DNA of 25,473 bases, taken from assembly GCA_016787375.1 (NCBI GenBank), contig JAEUUM010000036.1:1-25473 (forward strand), in the 5' to 3' direction. The notes beneath the pieces were generated by a model that was given only the letters and a program-made list of their open reading frames with translations, was not told where the DNA came from and did no database searches. The position numbers and the translations under genes are program-made. Of this stretch, positions 8,162 to 16,777 are shown in pieces. How positions within the stretch are numbered: the stretch's first letter is position 1; each line of letters opens with the position of its first letter. The DNA comes from Saprospiraceae bacterium. Its GTDB lineage: Bacteria; Bacteroidota; Bacteroidia; Chitinophagales; Saprospiraceae.

Positions 8162-9101
8162 AGGAGTAGTTACAAAATCAACTGGCAGTTGGTATAAAGT
8201 GCGGCTTGAAAATAATTCTGAATGGAATTGCCGTATAACCGGAAAGCACAAGCTATTTGGTTGGCAACTAACCAATCCGGTTGCAGTTGGTGATTACGTA
8301 ATGGTAGACCAGGAAGGTGCTACCGAACAAGGTGTAATCAAGCAAATTCTCCCCAGAAAAAATTATGTGGTAAGACAATCGCCACGTCAAAAACATCAAT
8401 TACACTTACTCGCTGCAAATATTGATCAGGCCTGTATTATAACTACAATTGTTCAACCAAATTTAAAACAAGGATTTATTGACAGATTTCTGTTGATGAC
8501 CGAACCATATAACATCCCGGTGATCATCGTTTTCAATAAGTCGGATTTATTTGAAAAAGAAGAGACCGAAACTTATAACGAAATGAAGGATCTGTATGAA
8601 TCAATTGGCTATGAGGTAGTAAAAACATCAACGTTAACAGAGGAAAACTTTGATTACATTAAATCTTTGTTTAAAGACAAAACCACATTAATTACCGGGC
8701 AATCAGGTGTTGGAAAATCTTCTCTTAGTATGGGACTGGAACCAACTTTGAACTTAACTACATTTGAAATATCCGATTTCTCAGGAAAAGGCCAACATAC
8801 TACAACATTTGCGGAAATGCATCATACTAGTTTTAATGCAAACATAATTGATACACCAGGCATCAAAACACTTTCATTCAATCATCTTGAACCAGCTGAC
8901 ATTGCACACAATTTTCGTGAAATATTTTTAGAGTCTGCCAATTGTAAATATGCAAATTGTATGCACATGAATGAACCAGGTTGTGCCGTGAAGCAAGCCA
9001 TTGAGTTAGGCAAAATTCATGAACTAAGGTATCAGAATTATCTTCAAATTATTGAAGAGGTTGAAGATCAGAATTATTGGGAAAGGCATAAGGATTATTG
9101 A
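8154..9101 (+). CDS. rsgA: Ribosome small-subunit-dependent GTPase A
   Basis: OB-fold N-terminus. Circularly permuted GTPase motifs NKSD, GQSGVGKSS, GQHTTT and DTPG. Zn finger CKYANCMHMNEPGC. 8-bp overlap with the pcrB stop. Confidence 0.96.
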   Translation: MLRGVVTKSTGSWYKVRLENNSEWNCRITGKHKLFGWQLTNPVAVGDYVMVDQEGATEQGVIKQILPRKNYVVRQSPRQKHQLHLLAANIDQACIITTIVQPNLKQGFIDRFLLMTEPYNIPVIIVFNKSDLFEKEETETYNEMKDLYESIGYEVVKTSTLTEENFDYIKSLFKDKTTLITGQSGVGKSSLSMGLEPTLNLTTFEISDFSGKGQHTTTFAEMHHTSFNANIIDTPGIKTLSFNHLEPADIAHNFREIFLESANCKYANCMHMNEPGCAVKQAIELGKIHELRYQNYLQIIEEVEDQNYWERHKDY

Positions 9102-9113
9102 TGCACAGTTTTC

Positions 9114-10382
9114 TCATGACCTAAAAATTTGAGCACCAAAAGGGCACTCGAGGCAAAGCTTGCATTCGCAGTATTTTTTCTTTAAATGTAAAAGTCCTTG
9201 AGTTTGTGCAGCTGTAGAAGTTGGAAATCCTAATTCTTGAAATTTCTTGATTATTGTATTTTTCTCACCTTTGATTTCGTCCAGCCAATCTGTTGCAGTT
9301 TGCTGAAGCTCAATATTTCCAAGTTTCTTACCATAAAAAAACAAAAAAGGCGCAACCGAATTTATCAACAACAACTTTGCGAACTCTTTACCGGCCTGTG
9401 TTGGAAAACCATTGGATGGAGCAGAAAAAGTGAAATGATTTTGCCAAAATCCATTAAGTGGCCTGCAAATAAAATTGATAAATTCATCAGGGTGACTCAT
9501 GCTCACTACCTCACTTAATAACAAATCATGATCTGAAATTAATTTTATCCATTGAGCAATTCTTATTGTTGGAAAGTTTGAGGGTCTAGCTCTAAAAAAT
9601 TTAAATACACCTTCTGGTAAAATTTCAGGCAGATTATTTTTTGGCAACGATTCAAAAATACCCTTTAGTTTTACTGCATAATCTTCAGATGCATTATTCA
9701 AAAAACCTGCAATACCAAATACCAGCGCCTCCAATTTTTCGGTATCGTTTGTGTATTTTCTAATAAGCTCTAAAGGTAATTTTTCGGCCAACAGCTCAAA
9801 TGCAGTTCCGTTTACATTTAAGCCAAATCCCCTGGCTAAAAATCGATGAAAAGTTTCATTCCAGTCTCCATTTGTTTTGGAATAAATGTGTTCCAAAAGA
9901 GTGGTTTTATCTTGCAATTTTTCAATAAGTTTCGCATTTAAACCAAATGCGGCCTTTTGCATGTCAATTTTATCAACCTGCTTTTCACAGGCAATCCAGA
10001 AAGCGCTGTTCATGAGACGCTCGTAATTGTCAATGATGTCTTTAGAAATGATGTTTTTTAATTCAAAACAAGGAATTTTTCTATTACTATCAAAATATAC
10101 TTGCTGGTCTTCACTCCAAACAACATGTAAAATTACAGTTTTATATTGAGGATCATATTGATGCTGATGAAGGTACCATTCTGAGGCTTTAACGTGTATC
10201 TCAATATTTCCAATCCACAATTCATCTCCAATTCTTATTTTTGCATTACTAAAATCAGGTCCGGCATCTTTGTTTAAATCACCAGGCACAATTATCTGAA
10301 GTGGTTGGCCATCGGTGGTAAAAATATTTTGATCCCTCCAACGGTGCGTTCGCCAAAAGTAATGCAGCAATTCTTCTTTCAC
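9114..10382 (-). CDS. DUF2851 family protein
   Basis: MKEELLHYFW, PGDLNKDAGPDF, GNIEIH, W-x2-H-x-H-x2-D-x2-Y-x2-VILHVV, RPSNFPTIR and C-terminal YCECKLCLECPFG. The GTG start overlaps the folA TGA (GTGA). Confidence 0.85.
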   Translation of the reverse strand: MKEELLHYFWRTHRWRDQNIFTTDGQPLQIIVPGDLNKDAGPDFSNAKIRIGDELWIGNIEIHVKASEWYLHQHQYDPQYKTVILHVVWSEDQQVYFDSNRKIPCFELKNIISKDIIDNYERLMNSAFWIACEKQVDKIDMQKAAFGLNAKLIEKLQDKTTLLEHIYSKTNGDWNETFHRFLARGFGLNVNGTAFELLAEKLPLELIRKYTNDTEKLEALVFGIAGFLNNASEDYAVKLKGIFESLPKNNLPEILPEGVFKFFRARPSNFPTIRIAQWIKLISDHDLLLSEVVSMSHPDEFINFICRPLNGFWQNHFTFSAPSNGFPTQAGKEFAKLLLINSVAPFLFFYGKKLGNIELQQTATDWLDEIKGEKNTIIKKFQELGFPTSTAAQTQGLLHLKKKYCECKLCLECPFGAQIFRS

Positions 10383-10873
10383 CTTCTTTTTGTAAAAACA
10401 GAAAACGAATACGGGAATTTATTTTTTTCATCCGCTTCATGATTCTCTACTGAGGTCAGGCTCCAATCCTGCCAGTCCATATCTGGCCAAGAAGTATCAC
10501 CCTCAATATCAGAATGGATTGTATTGAAATATAATTTGTCCCAAAGGTGCATGGTTGATTTGTATACATCTGCACCTCCGATTATAAATAATTCTGTTTC
10601 GTTGTTTTGCTTTGCAATGTTAATCCCTTCTTCGATTGTGTGAATTACTAAAGTTCCTTGCGCCAGATAGTATGGATTTCTGGTAAGCACAAGATTCGTT
10701 CGACCGGGTAGAGCCTTGCCGATTGATTCGTAACATTTCCTGCCCATCAATACATGATGACCGGATGTTACTTTTTTAAAATATTTCAAGTCTGCGGGCA
10801 GGTACCAAGGAATTTGGTTGTCAACACCAATTATTCCATTTTGAGAAGCCGCAACTATGGCAGATATGATCAT
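10379..10873 (-). CDS. folA: Dihydrofolate reductase
   Basis: AASQNGIIG, IPWYLPADLKYFK, MGRK, LPGRTN, IIGGADVY and EGDT. The ATG overlaps the mrdA TAA (TAATG). Confidence 0.96.
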   Translation of the reverse strand: MIISAIVAASQNGIIGVDNQIPWYLPADLKYFKKVTSGHHVLMGRKCYESIGKALPGRTNLVLTRNPYYLAQGTLVIHTIEEGINIAKQNNETELFIIGGADVYKSTMHLWDKLYFNTIHSDIEGDTSWPDMDWQDWSLTSVENHEADEKNKFPYSFSVFTKRR

Positions 10874-12819
10874 TAATCTTCACTATTTTCTGGTAAATTA
10901 ATTTGTTCTTGTTCCACTGCTGTATTTGCGGTAGAATCAGCGGTTAGGTTAAAATGCTTTGGTAGAATCTTTCTTTTGGGCTTAATTTTCAGCGTGTTAA
11001 TCTGCTCCATTGTTTGAGCCAGGGCTACTCGTGACACATCTTTTTTAATGTATTTTTCGATCATTAAACTTGCTATTGGAGCAGCAAATTCAGCTCCTTT
11101 CCCAGCATTTTCAATAATAACAGCAATAGCGATTACAGGTTTATCAACCGGCGCAAATCCAAAGAAGACGCTATGATCTTCACCATGAGGATTTTGAGAG
11201 GTACCTGTTTTACCTGCCACACTAATACCTGGTATTGCTGCTTTTCGGCCAGTTCCATAAAGTACCACTCTCTGCATTCCATCAATAATTGGCAGAAAAT
11301 GTTCCGGGCTAATTTTTACCTGGTGTTTTTTTTGAAATCTTTCTTCTATTTTTGTGACCCCGTCTGCATAATCTTTGACCAAATGAGGAATAAAATAACT
11401 TCCTTTATTCGCAATTATGGTCGCGAGGTTTGCCATTTGTAATGTAGTAAGTTGAATTTCACCCTGACCTATTCCGATTGACATAATAGTTGGAGACCTC
11501 CAACCTCTTCTGCGTTTGTAAAGCTTGTCATAGTAGGCAGCTGAAGGCACGTTCCCACCCTTTTCCGTGGGGTAGTCAATTCCAATTGGAGCACCCAAAC
11601 CAAAATCATATAAATGTTCTGCAAATGTATTTAAGCCCTTACCTGGCAAATGAAAAGAATATTGGTCGATTATTTCGCGTGTGAGTGTAAAAAAATAAGT
11701 ATTGCAAGACAATTGCAAGGCTAAAGCCAAGGAAGCCGGGGGTATATGGTGGTGACAACCCCATTTGATATCGCCATAATAATAGGCACCTTTGCATGGT
11801 ATATACCTCGCAGGCCAGGTGAGTCCTTCCTCTAATGCAATCAAGCCAACAAGTGTTTTAAAAATTGAACCGGGAGGATACTTTGCCATGATTGACCTAT
11901 CAAAAAATGGCTTAAAAGTGTCTTGTGAAAGTTGTTGAAATGCTTTACCACGGTCTTTCCCCATCACCAGGATATTCGGGTCATATGAAGGAGAGCTTGC
12001 CATTGCCAGAATTTCACCTGTTGACGGCTCGATTGCCACGATACTCCCAGTCTTGTTATGCAATAATTTTTCAGCATAAGCCTGCAGATCAATGTCAATG
12101 GAGCTTATCAGGTCTTTCCCGGCAGCAGCAGAAATGTCAAATGCCCCATTTTTGTAAGACCCGATGCTTCTGCCAATATTATTTTTCATCTCATAATGAA
12201 CACCCTTTCTACCTCGCAATTGATCCTCAAAATACTTTTCCAGCCCGGCGATTCCGGTTTCGTCACCTGAAATATATTTGCCTTCTGCCGATTCAACAAG
12301 CTTTTCATTCACTTCGGAAATATAACCAAGAATGTTGGCTGCATTGGGGTAGGGATATGTCCGTCTGTTCCTTTGCTGAATGTAAAATCCCGGAAATTCA
12401 AACAAGACTTCCTGTAAAACCGCAAATGTTGATGGTTTTATATCACTAATAAACAACAGAGGGATAGATTTTGAAAACCTTGGGTCACTCCAGTTTATAT
12501 TTAGTTTTTCATTAAAATCAGCTTTTGTAATACCCAGAATGTTGCAAAACTTGGTAGTGTCCATCTGTGGATCAAGCTCTTTTACTACTACAGAGAGCTC
12601 ATAAATGGGATCATTATTGATGAGTAATTTTTTGTTTCGATCGTATATGAGACCTCGGGATGGATAAATATATTGGCGGGCAATGGTAACCGCATTAGCC
12701 TTATTGCTGTAACTGGTATCAAAAATCTGCATTTGGGCAAGTTTTGACACAATAATAAAACCCACTATGGCGAAGATTGCCATAATATAATACTGTCTGT
12801 TGATTAATGCATCTTTCAA
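10873..12819 (-). CDS. mrdA: Penicillin-binding protein 2 (class B transpeptidase)
   Basis: N-terminal TM anchor; PSRGLIYDRN, RTYPY and GYISEV; catalytic motifs SIFK, SCN and KTGT. TTG start assumed. Confidence 0.95.
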   Translation of the reverse strand: MKDALINRQYYIMAIFAIVGFIIVSKLAQMQIFDTSYSNKANAVTIARQYIYPSRGLIYDRNKKLLINNDPIYELSVVVKELDPQMDTTKFCNILGITKADFNEKLNINWSDPRFSKSIPLLFISDIKPSTFAVLQEVLFEFPGFYIQQRNRRTYPYPNAANILGYISEVNEKLVESAEGKYISGDETGIAGLEKYFEDQLRGRKGVHYEMKNNIGRSIGSYKNGAFDISAAAGKDLISSIDIDLQAYAEKLLHNKTGSIVAIEPSTGEILAMASSPSYDPNILVMGKDRGKAFQQLSQDTFKPFFDRSIMAKYPPGSIFKTLVGLIALEEGLTWPARYIPCKGAYYYGDIKWGCHHHIPPASLALALQLSCNTYFFTLTREIIDQYSFHLPGKGLNTFAEHLYDFGLGAPIGIDYPTEKGGNVPSAAYYDKLYKRRRGWRSPTIMSIGIGQGEIQLTTLQMANLATIIANKGSYFIPHLVKDYADGVTKIEERFQKKHQVKISPEHFLPIIDGMQRVVLYGTGRKAAIPGISVAGKTGTSQNPHGEDHSVFFGFAPVDKPVIAIAVIIENAGKGAEFAAPIASLMIEKYIKKDVSRVALAQTMEQINTLKIKPKRKILPKHFNLTADSTANTAVEQEQINLPENSED

Positions 12820-12825
12820 TTCACA

Positions 12826-13356
12826 TCAGATTTTTGGTCTGAAAATTACTATATACAAGGTTATCAAGATTATTGACAAGAAAAACGAGTAAACAGTTTT
12901 TATAAGTATATCTACAATGTAGTATAAAGTAAAATATTCAAATGAAAAGTAAAAAAAACAGAATATCAGTAACAATATGGAAGAGTATGTAAGCAATGAG
13001 ATAAACCCAAAATTATATCCTGCACTTTCTTGTCCTAGTTTTACGCCCAATCTAGGTTCAATAAGGTCAAAAGCAATGGGTCTGACATAAGCCATTATAA
13101 CCAGTGATCCTGCGCAAACTCCGGGTGAATCGTAAAAAATATCAACAAGTAAACCAACAAAAAATGCAATTAGAATTGTAAGTGGTCTGGACAATTGTGA
13201 GGGTAAAAAGATAATGGCTGCAGGAAAAAAAAGAAATAAGCCATAACCATCATCATTCCATGGAAGCTTAATGTTTTTTATTACGAGTACTTGAATGGTC
13301 AGAATCAAAAAAATTCTGACAAAACCAATACGCAAATTATTTGTCGCTGCCGGCAT
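12826..13356 (-). CDS. mreD: Rod shape-determining protein MreD
   Basis: Multi-TM 176-aa protein with AFFVGLLVDIFYDSPGV, located between mreC and mrdA. Confidence 0.85.
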   Translation of the reverse strand: MPAATNNLRIGFVRIFLILTIQVLVIKNIKLPWNDDGYGLFLFFPAAIIFLPSQLSRPLTILIAFFVGLLVDIFYDSPGVCAGSLVIMAYVRPIAFDLIEPRLGVKLGQESAGYNFGFISLLTYSSILLLIFCFFYFSFEYFTLYYIVDILIKTVYSFFLSIILITLYIVIFRPKI

Positions 13357-14161
13357 TTGTCTCGAGTTTTTCTAATTCAGGTTTGGCATTATTTTTCAAA
13401 ACGTAAACTATATCAAGCTTACTGATATCTGCCCATATTTTACAAGGTAAAGAATAAAAATTTGTACCTTCTTTTTGCATTATTTTTTTTACTGTGCCAA
13501 GAAGTATTCCCTTGGGAAAAATGAGAGAATAACCACTTGTCTGTATGGTGTCACCAAGTTTAACCTCCGCATGTCTTGGCAAATCTTCCAGATTTAGAAT
13601 TTGTGGATCGGTCCCCTCCCACGCCAGAGAGCCGAAATAACCATTTCTGCGGATTGAGGCGGAAGTTTTGATGTCTTTGTTTAAAATTGAAATAATGAGT
13701 GAAAAATGCTTACTTGTACTTTTTACTATTCCAACCACCCCATGTCTGCACATTACTCCCAATCCTTTGTATATACCATCATCAGCACCTTTGTTTATGG
13801 TGAAGTAATTATGCTGTGAACTTACTGAATTATTGATTACTCTTGCAGGAATTACCGAAAAATTCAAACTTGTAACCTTAAATTGGTCTAGGGTATCAAA
13901 TAAAAATGGGTAATTAAATCTCTCTTGATAAAGTACAGCATTTTCTAAAGAAATACTATCTGCAACTGTGTATTGATTTACAAAGTTTTTAACCCTATTA
14001 AATTTCTCATTTACAGTTCCTGAAAAAATATTGGCAGAGTTCAGAAAAATTTCTTGCTGCGCTTTATTGTAGTTAACAATCAGAAAAATGCTGATTATCT
14101 CCAAGGCTAAGAACAGAAAAAATGTTCCAAATCTTAAGATGAATTGGATTACATTAAACAT
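13337..14161 (-). CDS. mreC: Rod shape-determining protein MreC
   Basis: N-terminal TM; PARVINNS, TINKGADDGI, GVVGIV and GDTIQTSGYSLIFPKGI. Confidence 0.93.
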   Translation of the reverse strand: MFNVIQFILRFGTFFLFLALEIISIFLIVNYNKAQQEIFLNSANIFSGTVNEKFNRVKNFVNQYTVADSISLENAVLYQERFNYPFLFDTLDQFKVTSLNFSVIPARVINNSVSSQHNYFTINKGADDGIYKGLGVMCRHGVVGIVKSTSKHFSLIISILNKDIKTSASIRRNGYFGSLAWEGTDPQILNLEDLPRHAEVKLGDTIQTSGYSLIFPKGILLGTVKKIMQKEGTNFYSLPCKIWADISKLDIVYVLKNNAKPELEKLETNAGSDK

Positions 14162-14192
14162 ATCAGGTTGAAAATTATGTAATTTTCAATAA

Positions 14193-15224
14193 TCAGACGC
14201 TCTTTCTGTCAATCAGAAAAGAGAATTTATGTGAATTCTTCAATGCAATACCTGTACCCCTTACTACAGCCGAAAGTGGATCGTCAGCGATATGAACTTT
14301 TAGCTTAGTCTTTTCCGAAACTCGTTTGTCCAAGCCTCTCAACAAAGCACCCCCACCTGTTAAGTAAATTCCTTTTTGATAAATATCTGAGGCCAACTCA
14401 GGTGGTGTTGTTTCTAAAGCCTTCAGAATTGCTTCTTCGACCTTTGATATAGATTTGTCCAGCGCCCTGGCTATTTCTTTATATCCTACAGTTATTTGCT
14501 TGGGTATACCCGAGACCATATCCCTCCCGTTTACAGGATAATCTTGTGGTGGGTTATCAAGTAATTCAATTGCTGATCCAACGTTTATTTTGATTTGTTC
14601 TGCTGTTCTTTCACCTACCAGAAGGCTATACTCTCGTTTCATGAAGTCAATAATATCTTGAGTAAACTCATCACCTGCAGTTCTGATTGACTGATCACAT
14701 ACGATACCGGAGAGAGCGATTACAGCAATTTCGGTTGTGCCACCTCCAATGTCGATTACCATATTACCAACAGGTTCTTCTACATCAAGCCCAATGCCAA
14801 GTGCTGCGGCCATTGGCTCATGTATCAAGTATGTTTCTTTGGAGTCTACATGATCTGCTGAGTCAAAAACGGCTCTCTTTTCAACTTCAGTAATACCGGA
14901 AGGAATACAGACGACCATTTTCATGTGTGTGAAAAACTTCTTCCTGACACCAATCATTTTAATAAATCCCTCGATCATGTTTTCTGCTGCCTGAAAGTCA
15001 GCGATAACTCCGTCTTTAAGTGGGCGAATGGTTTTAATATTATCGTGAGTTTTTTCATGCATTTGCATAGCCTTGGTTCCAACAGCGATTGTTTCACCTG
15101 TTTTTCGATCTATTGCAACAATTGATGGTTCATTGACAACGATAACACCATCTTGTATGATCAAGGTATTTGCTGTACCTAAGTCTATAGCAAGCTCCTG
15201 AGTAAAAAAATTGAAAAATTTCAT
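14193..15224 (-). CDS. mreB: Rod shape-determining protein MreB
   Basis: AIDLGTANT, EPSIVA, RPLKDGVIADF, EPMAAALG, DIGGGTTE and LTGGGALL. Confidence 0.98.
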   Translation of the reverse strand: MKFFNFFTQELAIDLGTANTLIIQDGVIVVNEPSIVAIDRKTGETIAVGTKAMQMHEKTHDNIKTIRPLKDGVIADFQAAENMIEGFIKMIGVRKKFFTHMKMVVCIPSGITEVEKRAVFDSADHVDSKETYLIHEPMAAALGIGLDVEEPVGNMVIDIGGGTTEIAVIALSGIVCDQSIRTAGDEFTQDIIDFMKREYSLLVGERTAEQIKINVGSAIELLDNPPQDYPVNGRDMVSGIPKQITVGYKEIARALDKSISKVEEAILKALETTPPELASDIYQKGIYLTGGGALLRGLDKRVSEKTKLKVHIADDPLSAVVRGTGIALKNSHKFSFLIDRKSV

Positions 15225-15367
15225 TGACGGTTTTCCCCCCTATAAAGATTTGTGTGCGTTATTTAATATCAAAGTGCAAAACAACAGAAAATTTTGAAAT
15301 TATTTTAATAATCTTGACAATAAAGAGAAAAGTATTCATAAAATAGGTGTATTTGCAGTGCTTTTAG

Positions 15368-16645
15368 TTAAACTATCCTTTTACCCGAACTCACTACCCA
15401 AAAATCATCGGGTTGTAAATACATTTGCGCAGTTGCCATAATTTCGGTGGCTTGTATTGAATTGATCCTGGAAGTGGCCTGGTCCCAGATACTTAACCCA
15501 ACCTGATCAGCTACTAAGGACTTAATTAACCCTGATGAATTGAATGGTCCATCGACAGCATTGATGAGTGTTCCAATCAAATATCTTTTTAGTTGAAGTA
15601 GTTCATCATCGTCAATAGGTTGATCTGAAAGCTTTTTGAACTCTTTAAATATAAGCTTAATTGCTTTATTTATGTGTTCATGACTCATGTCAGCCATAAC
15701 TATAAAGCAACCATCAAAACTTAAGGTTTCAAGGGAAGATCCGATACTGTAAGTCATTCCTTTATTTTCGCGGATATTCATGTTTAGCCTTGATCCAAAA
15801 AAACCTCCCAAAAGCGTATTGAGTATAAACATATCTATATAGTCCGGATGAGACCTGGCAAACATTTTTCTTCCAAGCCTAAGTGATGATTGACTACTAG
15901 AATCAATTTCAAGATGTAGTCTTTCTGGATTTATGATATCGATACTTGGTATAACAGGCTTTGGTCTAGGTTTAGCTTCCCAGCTTTTCAGTGTATTCAT
16001 GATCAAATCCAGATCGCATTCCATGTAGCCCCCACTTAAATGAACGCTGGTTTGAGCAGGCAGAAAGTTAGCATTAAAATGATCAAAAAGGTCTTGTTGG
16101 TTTGCTGCTTTATAAAGTTCGGTTGTACTGTTATATCCATAAGGATGGTTGGTGCCAAAGATCTTCTCTGTGATTGTTCTGTATGCAACTACTTCGGGTT
16201 TGGTAAGGTCAATTTCAAGTTTCTGGATGCTATTGTTGATGTAGGTTAGCATATCTTGTTCATGAAAGCCAGGTTCCATAAGCACTTCGACAACCACTGG
16301 CCAAAGTTGCTCAAAATATTTTCGCAAGCAATGAAGTGTGATGGTGATATAATCGAGATTAGAGCTGGTATTAATTGTTGCTCCATAGTTGTCAAAAAAA
16401 TCAGCAATTTGTTTGGCAGTTTTAGTTTTGGTACCGTCCTTAAGGAGTCTCCCGGTTAATTTTGAAATGATTCTCTTCTTTTCGAAAGGCCTTCCAGCCA
16501 TTATAACAATTTCAACTCTGATGACTGGTAATCCGTGAGCATAAGTACAATATAATACTGAATCGTTGGGGAAGTTAAATATCTCAGGTGTCGGTAAATC
16601 GACCTTTTTGATATCTTCGATTACTGGTGGAATTTTTCTATTCAT
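15368..16645 (-). CDS. M16B (pitrilysin/insulinase-like) family protein, non-catalytic subunit type
   Basis: M16-type sequence (LLKDGT...IADFFDNYGA; LGGFFGSRLNMNIRENKGMTYSI). The HxxEH Zn motif is replaced by SKLTG. Confidence 0.85.
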   Translation of the reverse strand: MNRKIPPVIEDIKKVDLPTPEIFNFPNDSVLYCTYAHGLPVIRVEIVIMAGRPFEKKRIISKLTGRLLKDGTKTKTAKQIADFFDNYGATINTSSNLDYITITLHCLRKYFEQLWPVVVEVLMEPGFHEQDMLTYINNSIQKLEIDLTKPEVVAYRTITEKIFGTNHPYGYNSTTELYKAANQQDLFDHFNANFLPAQTSVHLSGGYMECDLDLIMNTLKSWEAKPRPKPVIPSIDIINPERLHLEIDSSSQSSLRLGRKMFARSHPDYIDMFILNTLLGGFFGSRLNMNIRENKGMTYSIGSSLETLSFDGCFIVMADMSHEHINKAIKLIFKEFKKLSDQPIDDDELLQLKRYLIGTLINAVDGPFNSSGLIKSLVADQVGLSIWDQATSRINSIQATEIMATAQMYLQPDDFWVVSSGKRIV

Positions 16646-16652
16646 GATGGCT

Positions 16653-16660
16653 CAAAATTA
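16653..16660 (-). promoter_or_regulatory. Putative -7 box for the M16 gene
   Basis: Minus strand TAATTTTG, 7 nt upstream of the ATG; no clear -33. Confidence 0.4.
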
Positions 16661-16741
16661 TTCATTTTAGTTGTATTGGCTCATAATATTTATAGTTAGC
16701 TGATTTTCTGATAAAAATTATTATTTATAGTTTATTAGAGA

Positions 16742-16749
16742 TATTTTTG
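16742..16749 (+). promoter_or_regulatory. Putative -7 box for dnaN
   Basis: TATTTTTG(CA) is a canonical Bacteroidota -7 element, 28 nt upstream of the ATG. Confidence 0.6.
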
Positions 16750-16777
16750 CACCATCTTAAAAAAGCAAAATCGCTTT

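Noticed and set aside
10730-10750. DHFR GRKC instead of GRKT as an antifolate-resistance variant
   Set aside because: It is a single substitution in a chromosomal, operon-embedded folA, with no mobile context and no basis to infer resistance.
15229-15241. G6 tract (AGGGGGG) upstream of the mreB ATG as a Shine-Dalgarno or phase-variation site
   Set aside because: It is a poor match to AGGAGG, Bacteroidota largely do not use SD sequences, and 6 nt is too short to argue for slippage.
16646-16777. Possible oriC next to dnaN
   Set aside because: The region is AT-rich, but I saw no DnaA boxes (TTATNCACA) and dnaA is not adjacent; the divergent promoters explain it.
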